Origin: Pirellulales bacterium
GTDB taxonomy: Bacteria; Planctomycetota; Planctomycetia; Pirellulales; UBA1268
DNA: 64,000 nucleotides
Direction: 5' to 3'
Assembly (NCBI GenBank): GCA_044238145.1
Contig: JBIIDT010000001.1
Coordinates: forward strand, 15,172 to 79,171
This document shows positions 8,789 to 17,830 of this stretch, piece after piece (position 1 is the first letter of the stretch; every line of letters starts with the position of its first letter). The translations under genes were made by a program, and so were the position numbers. The notes under the pieces are model-generated. The model saw only the letters and a list, made by a program, of their open reading frames with translations. It had not been told where the DNA came from and did no database searches.

Positions 8789-9696
8789 CGGCGGGGGGTC
8801 GCGGGGCTGGATTCCGGGTGGCGACCGGGGTTTTGGCCGGTTGGGCGGCCCAGCCCGGCTGTTTCGCAAGAAATTTGATTCGCCCTCCGAACATACCTAA
8901 GTTAGCCCCCTGTAGCCGACCCCGACCTTTTGCCGGCCGCGGTCGATCCCGCCTTGCAAATTTTGCAGCCCGAAAACCCTCCCGGCGACGTTCAGGCACG
9001 CCCCTTGTCCTCCCATCCATGACGACGCCCAGCGGCCGAGCCCCGCGGGCGGGTTTTTCGCCTCCGCGAACGGGCTTCCTTGTTTCGGCCTGCGACCGGC
9101 ACGCGACGTGCTTGTCTGTGAAGGTCATGGAAAAAGTTTCCGGGCCGCCCCGCGGCAACGTAGACTTGTTCCACCGGGTCGATCGGCCGGCCGCGAGTGA
9201 TCGTGGCCGGACGGCGGCGCGGGGCGTCGGCGACGCGACGAGCGACCGCCGGCGGCGTTGGAATCTTGGTGCCGCGAGGAACGGTCATCGCAAGCGAACG
9301 CGCGTCCGTGTGGCGTGCGGCGATGCCATCCGGCCTCGCGGTGTAGGAACCCATCCCTCCCATGGCCACCTCGGCCGGTCGGTTGTCGGTAACAGGCTTC
9401 TCCTCCCTCCAGTCGTCCCCAGGTCCGATCGCCGGCAAGAGCCTCGCGGTCGGCATCTCTCCCGCGGCCCCGGACTGCCAGCCGCCGCCCTGACGTCCTC
9501 CCCCCACGTCGGGTTCGTACGGATGCCTGCCCCGGCAGGCAGGACTGCGTCGGCGACGCGCCGCCGCAGCCCCGTTGTGAACCGTGCGACCTTCCTGCCA
9601 GCACCCACCGTCGGGTCGTCCCGCGGCTGCAGGAGGCGCACAAGACCAGACCACCGCACGCGTCTGCGAACGGTCTAGAGAACGCCAGATACCCCA

Positions 9697-12600
9697 ATGG
9701 AGATCACGTCCCTCAAGGTCCTCCGCGGTCCCAACCAGTGGGCCTCGTTTCCCTGCCTCGAAGCCTGGGTCGACCTCGGCCGGCTCGAGGACTTTCCCTC
9801 CCACACGATTCCCGGCTTCAACGAGCGGATCATGGCCTGGCTGCCGACCATGATCGAGCATCGCTGCTCGATCGGCGAGCGGGGCGGGTTCTTCGAGCGG
9901 CTGCGGACGGGCACCTGGATGGGCCACGTGCTCGAGCACGTGACGCTGGAACTGCAGACCCTCGGCGGCACGCCGGTCGGCTACGGCCGCGCCCGTGAGG
10001 CCAACACGCGGGGCGTCTACAAGGTGGTGATTGAATACAAGGAGGAGGCGTTCGCGATCGAGTGCCTCCATGCCGCCCACCGGCTGATCATGGCGGCGAT
10101 CGAGGACATGCCGTTCGACGTCGCCGCCGAGGTGAAGCGGCTGCGGAAGGTGCTCCTCGACGTGCAGCTCGGCCCGAGCACGCGGTCGATCGTCGAGGCG
10201 GCCGCCGCCCGCGGCATCCCCTCCCGCCGGCTGACCGCCGGCTCACTCGTCCGCCTCGGCCAGGGGGCGAAGCAGCGGCGGATCCTCGCGGCGGAGACCG
10301 ACCAGACCGGGGCCGTCGCGGAGACCATCGCCCAGGACAAGGACCTGACCCGCGCCCTCCTCGCGGAGGCCGGCGTACCGGTGCCCGAGGGGCGGCCGGT
10401 GACCGACGCGGCGGATGCGTGGCGGGTGGCTGAGGACATCGCGGCGCCCGTGGTGGTGAAGCCGCGCTACGGGAGCCAGGGCCGCGGCGTGTCCGTGGAC
10501 CTGTCCACGGCCGCCGAGGTGGAGCAGGCCTGGGAACTGGCCCATGCCGGCGAGCGGGAGGTGATGGTCGAGCGGTTCGTCGCCGGTGGCGACTACCGCG
10601 TGCTCGTGGTGGGCGGCAAGATGGTGGCGGCCGCCCGGCGGCATCCTCCGCAGGTGACCGGCGACGGTCGGTCGACGGTGCGGCAGCTCGTCGACCTCGT
10701 CAACGAGGATCCGCGGCGGTGCGCCGACCACGCCGGCTCGCTCAGCCCGGTCGTCATCGACGAGGTGGCGGAGTCCGTGCTGGCCGACCAGGGGCTGGCT
10801 GTCGACGCCGTACCCGCGGCCGGGCAGGTGGTGCTGCTGCGGCACAACGCCAACCTCAGCACCGGTGGCACGGCCGAGGACGTCACCGACGTCGTCCATC
10901 CAGAGGTCGCCGCCCGGGCCGTCGAGGCGGCCCGGATCATCGGCCTCGACGTCGCCGGCATCGACATCGTGACCTCCGACATCGCCCAGCCGCTCGAGGC
11001 CACCCGCGGCGTGGTGATCGAGGTCAACGCCGCCCCGGGCCTGCGGATGCACCTCGAGCCGGCGGTCGGCACCCCGCGGAACGTGGGCGCCGCGATCGTG
11101 GACACGCTGTTCGCCCCGGGAGACGACGGCCGGATCCCGACCGCGGCCGTCACCGGCACCAACGGCAAGACCACGGTCGTGCGGCTCATCGCCCACCTCT
11201 CCGGCATGGGAGGCGGCACCGTCGGCATGACCTGCACCGAAGGGGTGTGGATCGGCGGCCGGCTGATCGACGCGGGCGACTGCAGCGGCCCGAAGAGCGC
11301 CCAGCGGGTGCTGGCCAACCCGGCGGTGACGACGGCGGTGCTGGAGACCGCCCGCGGCGGGATCCTCCGCGAGGGCTGCGGGTTCGACAAGTGCGACGTG
11401 GCGGTCGTGACCAACATCGCCTCCGGGGACCATCTCGGCATCAGCGAGATCGACACGCCCGAGAAGCTCGCCTGGGTGAAGGGGGCGATCGTGGCGGCGG
11501 TCCGTCCGGGAGGTGCCGCAGTCCTCAACGCCGCCGATCCGCTGGTCGTCGACATGAAGAAGTGGTGCAAGGGGCAGGTCGTGTACTTCGGCGCCGACCC
11601 CGCCAACCCCGTGATCACGGAACACCTCGCGCAGGGCGGCCTCGCGGCCACGCTGCGGGACGGCTGGATCGTGCTCTGCGACGGCCCGCGCGAGACGCGG
11701 CTGGCGCACCTCGACCGCGTGCCGCTGGTGCACCGCGGACTGGTGACCTTCCAGGTGGAGAACGTGCTCGCCAGCGCCGCTGCGGCCTGGCGGCTGGGCG
11801 TGCCGCTGGAGCTGGTGCGGCTGGGCCTGGAGAGCTTCTCCAGCGGATCGGCCGGCTCGCCGGGCCGCTTCAACCTGCTCGAACTCGACGGTGCCGCGAT
11901 CGTGGTCGACTACGGCCACAATGTGCCGTCCCTCGAGCAGATCTGCATGGCGATGAAGAAGCTGCCGCACCCGCGGCGGATCGCGGTCTACTCCGCGGCG
12001 GGCGACCGGCGGGACGAGGACCTTCTCGCGCAGGGTCGTCTGCTCGGCCAGACCTTCGAGCGGGTGGTGATTTACGAGGACGCCTACATCCGGGGCCGGC
12101 AGCCGGGCGACATCACCCGCCTGTTGTCCGAGGGCATTCGCGCGGGCATGCCAGCCGACCGTCCGGTGCAGATCGACGCCGGAGGCACGTGGGCTGAGGC
12201 GGCGGCGCGGGTGTTGGACGCGGCCGCGGCCGGGGACCTCGTCCTCCTCCAGCCCGACACGATCGAGCAGACGATTCCCTGGCTCGCCGACCGGTACGGC
12301 AGCCGACTCCGCGACCTGACCTTCGACGAGATCGCGGGTCCGGCGGCCCACGGCCTCGGCGAGCGGGCTCCCCGGCCGGGCGAGCCGGTGGCCGTGAAGC
12401 CGGGCCGGCTCGGCCTGGGTGTCGCGGCCGTCCGCGCGATCGCCGCCGGGGAGACGATCATCCGCACCTGGGGCGAGCAGGCCGATCGGCGTTCACCACA
12501 CTCGATGCAGGTCGACGTCAACACGCACATCGTGCCGGACGGCGTGACGGTGCTCCTGAACCACTCCTGCGATCCGAACTGCGGCGTCATCATCCGCTCG

Positions 12601-12852
12601 GGCGTGAAGCAGATCGAGCTCCGCGCCCTGCGGCCGATCGCCGCCGGCGAGGAGATCACGGTCGACTACGACACGTTCGAGTACGAGGTGGCCCACCTCG
12701 GCGGGCCCTGCCGCTGCGGTGCCACCACGTGCCGGGGCCGCGTGGCCGGCTACCGGCATCTCGCGGCCGACGTGAAGGCCCGCTACGGCGACCTGATCGC
12801 GGAGTACCTCCGCCTGCTCGACTCCGAGATCACGCTGCCCGCCGGCGTGTGA
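9697..12852 (+). CDS. cphA: Cyanophycin synthetase (CphA1-type) fused to a C-terminal SET-domain methyltransferase
   Basis: 1051 aa. The CphA N-domain starts MEITSLKVLRGPNQW. ATP-grasp region: VVVKP..GRGV..ERFV.G.DYRVLVVGGK, NLSTGG. Mur-ligase-like domain: VTGTNGKTT, DYGHN. A SET domain follows at the C-terminus (listed as a separate feature). Confidence 0.9.
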   Translation: MEITSLKVLRGPNQWASFPCLEAWVDLGRLEDFPSHTIPGFNERIMAWLPTMIEHRCSIGERGGFFERLRTGTWMGHVLEHVTLELQTLGGTPVGYGRAREANTRGVYKVVIEYKEEAFAIECLHAAHRLIMAAIEDMPFDVAAEVKRLRKVLLDVQLGPSTRSIVEAAAARGIPSRRLTAGSLVRLGQGAKQRRILAAETDQTGAVAETIAQDKDLTRALLAEAGVPVPEGRPVTDAADAWRVAEDIAAPVVVKPRYGSQGRGVSVDLSTAAEVEQAWELAHAGEREVMVERFVAGGDYRVLVVGGKMVAAARRHPPQVTGDGRSTVRQLVDLVNEDPRRCADHAGSLSPVVIDEVAESVLADQGLAVDAVPAAGQVVLLRHNANLSTGGTAEDVTDVVHPEVAARAVEAARIIGLDVAGIDIVTSDIAQPLEATRGVVIEVNAAPGLRMHLEPAVGTPRNVGAAIVDTLFAPGDDGRIPTAAVTGTNGKTTVVRLIAHLSGMGGGTVGMTCTEGVWIGGRLIDAGDCSGPKSAQRVLANPAVTTAVLETARGGILREGCGFDKCDVAVVTNIASGDHLGISEIDTPEKLAWVKGAIVAAVRPGGAAVLNAADPLVVDMKKWCKGQVVYFGADPANPVITEHLAQGGLAATLRDGWIVLCDGPRETRLAHLDRVPLVHRGLVTFQVENVLASAAAAWRLGVPLELVRLGLESFSSGSAGSPGRFNLLELDGAAIVVDYGHNVPSLEQICMAMKKLPHPRRIAVYSAAGDRRDEDLLAQGRLLGQTFERVVIYEDAYIRGRQPGDITRLLSEGIRAGMPADRPVQIDAGGTWAEAAARVLDAAAAGDLVLLQPDTIEQTIPWLADRYGSRLRDLTFDEIAGPAAHGLGERAPRPGEPVAVKPGRLGLGVAAVRAIAAGETIIRTWGEQADRRSPHSMQVDVNTHIVPDGVTVLLNHSCDPNCGVIIRSGVKQIELRALRPIAAGEEITVDYDTFEYEVAHLGGPCRCGATTCRGRVAGYRHLAADVKARYGDLIAEYLRLLDSEITLPAGV
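12385..12849 (+). other. SET domain (AdoMet-dependent protein lysine methyltransferase fold) forming the C-terminal ~155 aa of the CphA ORF
   Basis: Motifs GLGVAAVRAIAAGETI, LLNHSCDPN (12559-12579 encodes NHSCDPN), GEEITVDYD, and a post-SET-like CRCGATTCRG. It is in frame with no intervening stop after the CphA M-domain. Confidence 0.8.
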
Positions 12853-12855
12853 TCG

Positions 12856-13923
12856 CTACTTCAGCCCCGGGCGGCGGTCGATGGCGCCGCGGACGCCGAG
12901 CTGCTCCGGGTGCCGGGCGATCTTGTCGGCGAACACGCGGACGTCGTTGACGATCGGCCGCAGTTCCTTCGTCAGGCCGTTGACGTTGGCGGCGGCCTGG
13001 GCGAGGTCGTCGTAGACCTTGGGGTCGCGGACGAGCTTGCCGAGCGTGCCCTGCGACTCGTTGAGGGCCTTGGTGAAGAACGCCGCCTGCTGGAGCACCT
13101 CGTCGAGCCGGCCGATGGTCTGGTTGACCTGGGCCACCATCCCCTCGCCCCGCTCGCCGAGCGGCTTGGTGAGGCCCTCGAGGTTCCGCAGGTTGCGGTC
13201 GGCCGAGTCGAGCGTCGTGCCCATGCCCTTGACGGTGGTCCGCAGGTCGGCGAGCACGTCCGGCAGGCCGTTGAGCGTCTCCTTGAGTTTTGCCCGCGCG
13301 TTGGGATCGCCCATCACGTCGTTGATGTTGGTCATCGCGAGGCCGAAGGCATCGAGGGCCGCCTCCGTCTTGCGGACCATCTTCTCGAAGGTGTCGTCCT
13401 CGCCGAGCAGCAGCTTGTCGAGGTTGTTGGAGAGCTTGGAGACGGCCGCGCTGGCCTCCGTGAGTGATTCGAGGGCCACGCCCATCTTCGGCTCGAGCGT
13501 GGCGAAGACCTCGAACGGGTCGCGGGACACCGCCCCGACGAGCGTCTCGTCGGGGCCGAGCTGCTGGCGGGGCGGACGGATCGTGCCGGGCACGAGCTGG
13601 ATCTCCGAGTCGCCGAGGAGCGTGCTGGCGATCCGCGGCTGCTCGTCGCGGTAGATCGGCACGTAGGAGTCGATGTCGGCCACGACGCTGACGCCACCGC
13701 GTTCGTCGAGCTGCACGCTGGCGACGCGGCCGACGAGGATGCCGTTCTTGCGGACGGGCGTGCCGGTCGCGATGCCGCGGGCGTCCGCGAAGCTCATCTT
13801 CAGCGGGTAGTTCGCCTGCACCAGCGACGGCAGGTCGCCAAAGAGCACGATGAGGATGCCGGCGATGATGGCGGTCGCCAGCACCACCACGCCCACCCGG
13901 AACTGCATCACGCGGTCGTTCAT
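12856..13923 (-). CDS. mlaD: MlaD/MCE-family substrate-binding protein
   Basis: N-terminal TM segment (VGVVVLATAIIAGILIVLF). MCE fold motifs F.DA.GI..GTPVR.NGI.VG.V. Long helical C-terminus. The start overlaps the mlaF stop (ATGA at 13920-13923). Confidence 0.8.
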   Translation of the reverse strand: MNDRVMQFRVGVVVLATAIIAGILIVLFGDLPSLVQANYPLKMSFADARGIATGTPVRKNGILVGRVASVQLDERGGVSVVADIDSYVPIYRDEQPRIASTLLGDSEIQLVPGTIRPPRQQLGPDETLVGAVSRDPFEVFATLEPKMGVALESLTEASAAVSKLSNNLDKLLLGEDDTFEKMVRKTEAALDAFGLAMTNINDVMGDPNARAKLKETLNGLPDVLADLRTTVKGMGTTLDSADRNLRNLEGLTKPLGERGEGMVAQVNQTIGRLDEVLQQAAFFTKALNESQGTLGKLVRDPKVYDDLAQAAANVNGLTKELRPIVNDVRVFADKIARHPEQLGVRGAIDRRPGLK

Positions 13924-14798
13924 GGCCCCTCCTCCCCTGCGTCGCCCGCACCGCTCAGGCCCTGTTCCTCCTGGAGCTCGGTGAGCCGCTCGCCCGCCCG
14001 GCCCTCGATGAACTGGCGGATCCGCGGATCACGGCAGGCGTCGAGCTCGGCGGGCGTGCCCTCGAAGACGATCTGCGGCGCTCCCGGCCCGAGCCGGGCG
14101 AGCGGGTAGAGCATCACGATCCGGTCGGCCACCTTGCGGGCGGTGTGCATGTCGTGCGTCACGACCACGCTCGAGACCCGCGGCCGGGCCCGGGCCTTGA
14201 GGATCAGCTCGTTGATGACGTCGCTCATGATCGGGTCGAGGCCGGTCGTCGGCTCGTCGTACAGCACCAGCTGCGGGTCGAGCGCCAGGGCCCGGGCCAG
14301 GCCGGCCCGCTTCCGCATGCCGCCGGAGAGCTGCACCGGCTTCCGGGACAGCACGCTCCGCGGCAGGCCCACCTCGTCGACCAGCGACGTGACGATCTCG
14401 CGGATCTCGGCGTCCGTGATCCGCGTGTGCTCCCGCAGCGGGAAGGCGATGTTCTCGGCGATCGTGTAGCTGTCGAACAGGGCGGCCCCCTGGAAGACGA
14501 ACCCGTAGCGGGTCCGCAGGTGGGCCAGCTCGCGGTCGCGCATCCCCGAGAGCGGCCGGCCCTCGAAGAACACCTCGCCGGTCGAGGGTCGCACGAGGCC
14601 GATCATCGTCTTGAGGAGCACGGTCTTGCCGCAGCCGCTCTCGCCGAGGATCACGAGCGTCTCGCCGGCTGCCAGGTCGAGCGACACGTCGCGGAGCACC
14701 TCGTGCCGGCCGAAGCGGACCCCGACCGAGTCGATCCGCAGCACGGGCCCGGCGGCGGTGTCGGTGGCGGCGGCGTGGGTGGTGGCGGTGGCGGGCAT
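13920..14798 (-). CDS. mlaF: ABC transporter ATP-binding protein (MlaF-like)
   Basis: In-frame start MPATATTH at 14798 within ORF 13920..14948. Walker A GESGCGKT, signature LSGGMRKR, Walker B LVLYDEPTTGLD. Confidence 0.85.
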   Translation of the reverse strand: MPATATTHAAATDTAAGPVLRIDSVGVRFGRHEVLRDVSLDLAAGETLVILGESGCGKTVLLKTMIGLVRPSTGEVFFEGRPLSGMRDRELAHLRTRYGFVFQGAALFDSYTIAENIAFPLREHTRITDAEIREIVTSLVDEVGLPRSVLSRKPVQLSGGMRKRAGLARALALDPQLVLYDEPTTGLDPIMSDVINELILKARARPRVSSVVVTHDMHTARKVADRIVMLYPLARLGPGAPQIVFEGTPAELDACRDPRIRQFIEGRAGERLTELQEEQGLSGAGDAGEEGP

Positions 14799-14805
14799 GG
14801 CGGTG

Positions 14806-15672
14806 TCAGAGCAGCCGGCGCGGCCCCTCCGGGCGGAAGAAGTCGTGGACGTTGTTGAGCCAGATGCCCAGGAACAGGTCGAGCACCAGGATGAGCACGA
14901 AGGAGTGGACGAACGCGTTGGTCGCGGCCCGGCCGACGCCCTCGGCACCGTGGTCGCAGTGGAAGCCGTGGTGGCAGCTGACCAGCGCGATCGCCGCGCC
15001 GAAGAACAGGCTCTTGAAGATCCCCATCAGGAAGTCGAAGGCGTCGACGTACTCCCGGGAGTTCTCCCAGTAGTGGTGGTAGTCGATGCCGAGCAGCACG
15101 TGGGAGTAGAGGTAGCCGCCGAGCACACCCATGAAGTCGGCCATCACCGTCAGCGACGGGATGAGCACGAGGCAGCCGAGGAAGCGGGGGACCACGAGGT
15201 AATAGATCGGGTTGGCCCCCATGCTCTCCAGGGCGTCGATCTGCTCGGTGACCCGCATCGTGCCCAGTTCGGCCGCCATCGCGCTGCCGACCCGGCCGGC
15301 GAGCATCGTGGCGGCGAGCACGGGCCCGAGCTCGCGGACAAGGGACAGGTTGATCACCGAGCCGAGCCGGGTCTCGAGGCCGAGCGCCTTGAACTGGGCG
15401 AAGCTCTGCACCGCCAGCACCATGCCGATGAACAGGCCGGTGAGGGCCACGACCGGCAGCGACATGACGCCGATCCGGTAGAAGTTCGGGATCAGCACGT
15501 CGCGGCGCTGCCGGCGGGCGAAGATCCAGCCCACGGTCCGCAGGGCGAACAGGCACACGTCCCCCACGCCGGCGATGCTCGCCATCGCGAAGCCGCCGAG
15601 GTTGGCGATCTGGTCGGTGAGCCAGCCGGCGGGACCGGGCGGGCGGGCGGGTGCGGAGGTGACGGTAGCCAT
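14806..15672 (-). CDS. mlaE: ABC transporter permease (MlaE-like)
   Basis: In-frame start MATVTS at 15672 within ORF 14806..16239. Typical MlaE motifs are present: RELGPVL.A....[27 protein letters not shown]. The upstream 189 codons of the ORF are R/P-rich and cover an intergenic repeat. Confidence 0.85.
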   Translation of the reverse strand: MATVTSAPARPPGPAGWLTDQIANLGGFAMASIAGVGDVCLFALRTVGWIFARRQRRDVLIPNFYRIGVMSLPVVALTGLFIGMVLAVQSFAQFKALGLETRLGSVINLSLVRELGPVLAATMLAGRVGSAMAAELGTMRVTEQIDALESMGANPIYYLVVPRFLGCLVLIPSLTVMADFMGVLGGYLYSHVLLGIDYHHYWENSREYVDAFDFLMGIFKSLFFGAAIALVSCHHGFHCDHGAEGVGRAATNAFVHSFVLILVLDLFLGIWLNNVHDFFRPEGPRRLL

Positions 15673-15841
15673 GGGAGATGATCCGGGACGGGGAGCCGCC
15701 GGGCGGGCGCACGGCGATCCCTGCCGGTGGTATCGGTCGTGCCGAACGGGCGGCGTGAGCAGAACGGGCCGACTCTGCAGCCGGCCCGTCGAGCGTGGAA
15801 ACTTGGGCAAGCGGGGCGACTGCCCCCGAGCCCTGCTGGTC

Positions 15842-15972
15842 GGGGCTGCCCATGCCGCCTCGCCTGGACGTTCACTGCGCCCATCCTGGGCTCCGTTCAC
15901 TCGATGCCGGCTGCGCTCCGGCATCGTGCCTGCGCTGGCCGCCAACGCCAGCTCGCCGGCACGGGCAGCCCC
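15842..15972 (+). repeat. Structured intergenic repeat, copy A (most divergent copy)
   Basis: Terminal inverted repeat GGGGCTGCCCATGCC ... GGCACGGGCAGCCCC. The interior aligns to copies at 34183 and 37339 (GGACGTTC.CTGCGCCCATCCTGGGC..GGCTGCGCT..GGCATC..GCTGGCC). Confidence 0.75.
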
Positions 15973-16022
15973 TCCCGGATCCGGTCGGCGGGCGGGCCCT
16001 CGAGAAGGTGGCCGGGTGCCGC

Positions 16023-17798
16023 CTACAGCGAGTCCTCGGTGCGAAGCGTGATCTCGACGAGCCGCTCGAGGGCCTGGGCCGGCGTCTCGTGCGGAAAGTT
16101 GCTGAGCACGACTTCTTTGGCGTACAGCTTGCCGATGTACCGGCGGTGCTTCGCCGGGGAGCCGCGGCTGGCGAGGAAGTCGCGATGGGCGGAGTTGATC
16201 ACGATCTCGTTCTTGCGCGTGTCGTAGCGGGACCGCCACGGCTGGCCGTGCTCGGCCTCGAGGCGGTAGGAGGGCAGGCCGCGCTGGGACGGACCCACGT
16301 CATCTCCGCCGCCAGCGACGAAGTGGACGTCGACCCGGCCGGTGGCTTGAAGGTCGCCGTGGGTCGCCGTCACCTCGACTGTCGCCACGCCGGCGGTATC
16401 GGCGGTGACACCGCAGGCCGACTCGTCGGCCTCGAGCGTCGCCGTGCCGGCCGCGAGTCGCCAGGCGAATGCGACGGACGCCGGCAGCGGCGTGCCTACC
16501 GCGTCGCAGGCCCGGGCGAGCAGCCGCACCGTCCCGCCGGGCGCCCGCCGCGGCCTCCGTGGCGCGATCAGCACCGCGTGCAGGGGGCCGGGCTCGGGCG
16601 GGAAGAGCGTGGGTTGCGCGGGGGCGCGACCGCCCGCCGCGTCGCCGTCGGCCGGTGGGTCGGCGGGGGCCTCGGTCCCGGGTTCGGCCGCCCGCTTCGG
16701 GATGTCGAAGTAGACGTATTCTTCCGACGGCAGCTCTGCCAGGGCCGTGACGAGGGCCTTGTGCACCTGCTTGAGGATCTGCCGGCTGGCCCGCTCGGTC
16801 TCGGCCGCCTCGCGGCGGTCGAGGGCCGCCACCAGGTCGGCCTCGATCGCCGGGGCCGTCGCCACGAGGGCCGCCAGCGCCGCATCGTCGACGACGCCGC
16901 CCCGGGTGCCGGGGGCGAGCATCAGGGGCTCGAAGTCGACCAGTCCTTCGAGCCGGCGGTCCGTCCAGGGGTGGTGCTGGAAGGGAAGCAGTTCCGCGAT
17001 CTCCTTGAGGACGCGGGTGCCGTCCTTGCAGAGGGCGATGCCCGGCTCCCCCGTGGCGGCCTCGGCCCGCACGTAGGCCTCCACCTGCACGTCGCCGAGC
17101 GGCGTGGCGTAGCGGCGGGGCAGGTCGAGCCGCTCGCCGGTGAACTCGCGGGGTGCCACCGCGATCTCCCGGCGGGCGACGCGGTCGCTGACGAGGATCT
17201 CCGCTCCCGTCGCCCGGATGCGGTCGCGCAGTTCGGCCGACAGGTAGCGGGCGATCTTCTCGCCGGTGACGAGCTTGCGGGTCGATTCGAGGAGCGGTCC
17301 GAGCACGACCCGGGTGCCGCCAGTGACGATCCGGCCGCGGACCGGGCGGATGGCGTACTCGCGGCGGCCCCGCACGAGGTGCAGTTCCTTCGCCCGCCCG
17401 GCGCCGGTCGTGGAGATCATCCGCAGCTCCTCGCCGACGGCCCAGAAGGAGAGCAGGCCGATGCCGAACTCGCCGTGCACTCCCTTGCGGCCGCCGGGAT
17501 CGAGATGCCGTTTCATCGAATCGCAGAGGTGGGTGGCGATCCGCTCGAGGTCGGGATCACCGGCCGCGTCGGGGGCCACGCCGCGGCCGTCGTCCTCGAC
17601 CTCGAGAAAGAACTCGCCGCGCTGTCGCCGGCGGACGATGCGAATCCGCCGGCCCCCGGCGTCGAGGGCGTTCTCCGTGAGCTCGCAGATCGCCTTGAGG
17701 GGGTGCGTCTGGGAGTGCGCCAGGATGGAGATGGCGTTCCACTGGTCGCCGATGCGGAGCGTGCCGGTGGAGACGAGGGGATCGGGTGGGTCGGCCAT
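16023..17798 (-). CDS. GHKL-superfamily ATPase (HATPase_c_3 / MORC-like N-domain) with Ig-like (Big_2-like) domain and conserved C-terminal module
   Basis: In-frame start MADPPDP at 17798 within ORF 16023..18305. N-box [13 protein letters not shown]1 box VEDDGRGV, G2 box [10 protein letters not shown]. An Ig-like segment occurs later ([39 protein letters not shown]). Confidence 0.75.
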   Translation of the reverse strand: MADPPDPLVSTGTLRIGDQWNAISILAHSQTHPLKAICELTENALDAGGRRIRIVRRRQRGEFFLEVEDDGRGVAPDAAGDPDLERIATHLCDSMKRHLDPGGRKGVHGEFGIGLLSFWAVGEELRMISTTGAGRAKELHLVRGRREYAIRPVRGRIVTGGTRVVLGPLLESTRKLVTGEKIARYLSAELRDRIRATGAEILVSDRVARREIAVAPREFTGERLDLPRRYATPLGDVQVEAYVRAEAATGEPGIALCKDGTRVLKEIAELLPFQHHPWTDRRLEGLVDFEPLMLAPGTRGGVVDDAALAALVATAPAIEADLVAALDRREAAETERASRQILKQVHKALVTALAELPSEEYVYFDIPKRAAEPGTEAPADPPADGDAAGGRAPAQPTLFPPEPGPLHAVLIAPRRPRRAPGGTVRLLARACDAVGTPLPASVAFAWRLAAGTATLEADESACGVTADTAGVATVEVTATHGDLQATGRVDVHFVAGGGDDVGPSQRGLPSYRLEAEHGQPWRSRYDTRKNEIVINSAHRDFLASRGSPAKHRRYIGKLYAKEVVLSNFPHETPAQALERLVEITLRTEDSL

Positions 17799-17830
17799 GG
17801 TGAGCCCGGGGGACGGGGCGGAGGGGTGCG

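Noticed and set aside
8950-8970. TTGCA-containing palindrome, considered as a sigma-54 (-24/-12) promoter
   Set aside because: There is no TGGCAC element at the required spacing. I retained it only as a generic inverted repeat.
6552-9158. 868-aa minus-strand and 768-aa plus-strand (6572..8878) ORFs over the ABC transporter
   Set aside because: They are alternate-frame or antisense, Arg/Pro-rich and carry no motifs. The 6482..8788 frame carries Walker A/B and the ABC signature.
9200-9260. CCGGACG... segment, considered as a guanidine-III/ykkC-type riboswitch upstream of cphA (an Arg-related polymer)
   Set aside because: Only the first 7 nt resemble the remembered consensus, and the rest does not fit the pseudoknot. 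It also lies about 450 nt from the start codon.
8992-9366. Possible ~125-aa minus-strand ORF (MGGMGSYTARPDG..MTVPRGTKIPTPP..) inside the long cphA leader
   Set aside because: Its codon third positions are far less GC-biased than real genes here. The product is highly basic with no recognisable motif, and it belongs to a 362-aa artefact ORF that runs antisense into cphA. I kept it only as part of the unexplained-intergenic finding.
10243-12351. 702-aa minus-strand ORF, plus 10593..11873 (minus) and 10719..12197 (plus), inside cphA
   Set aside because: They are antisense or off-frame to a full-length, motif-complete cyanophycin synthetase.
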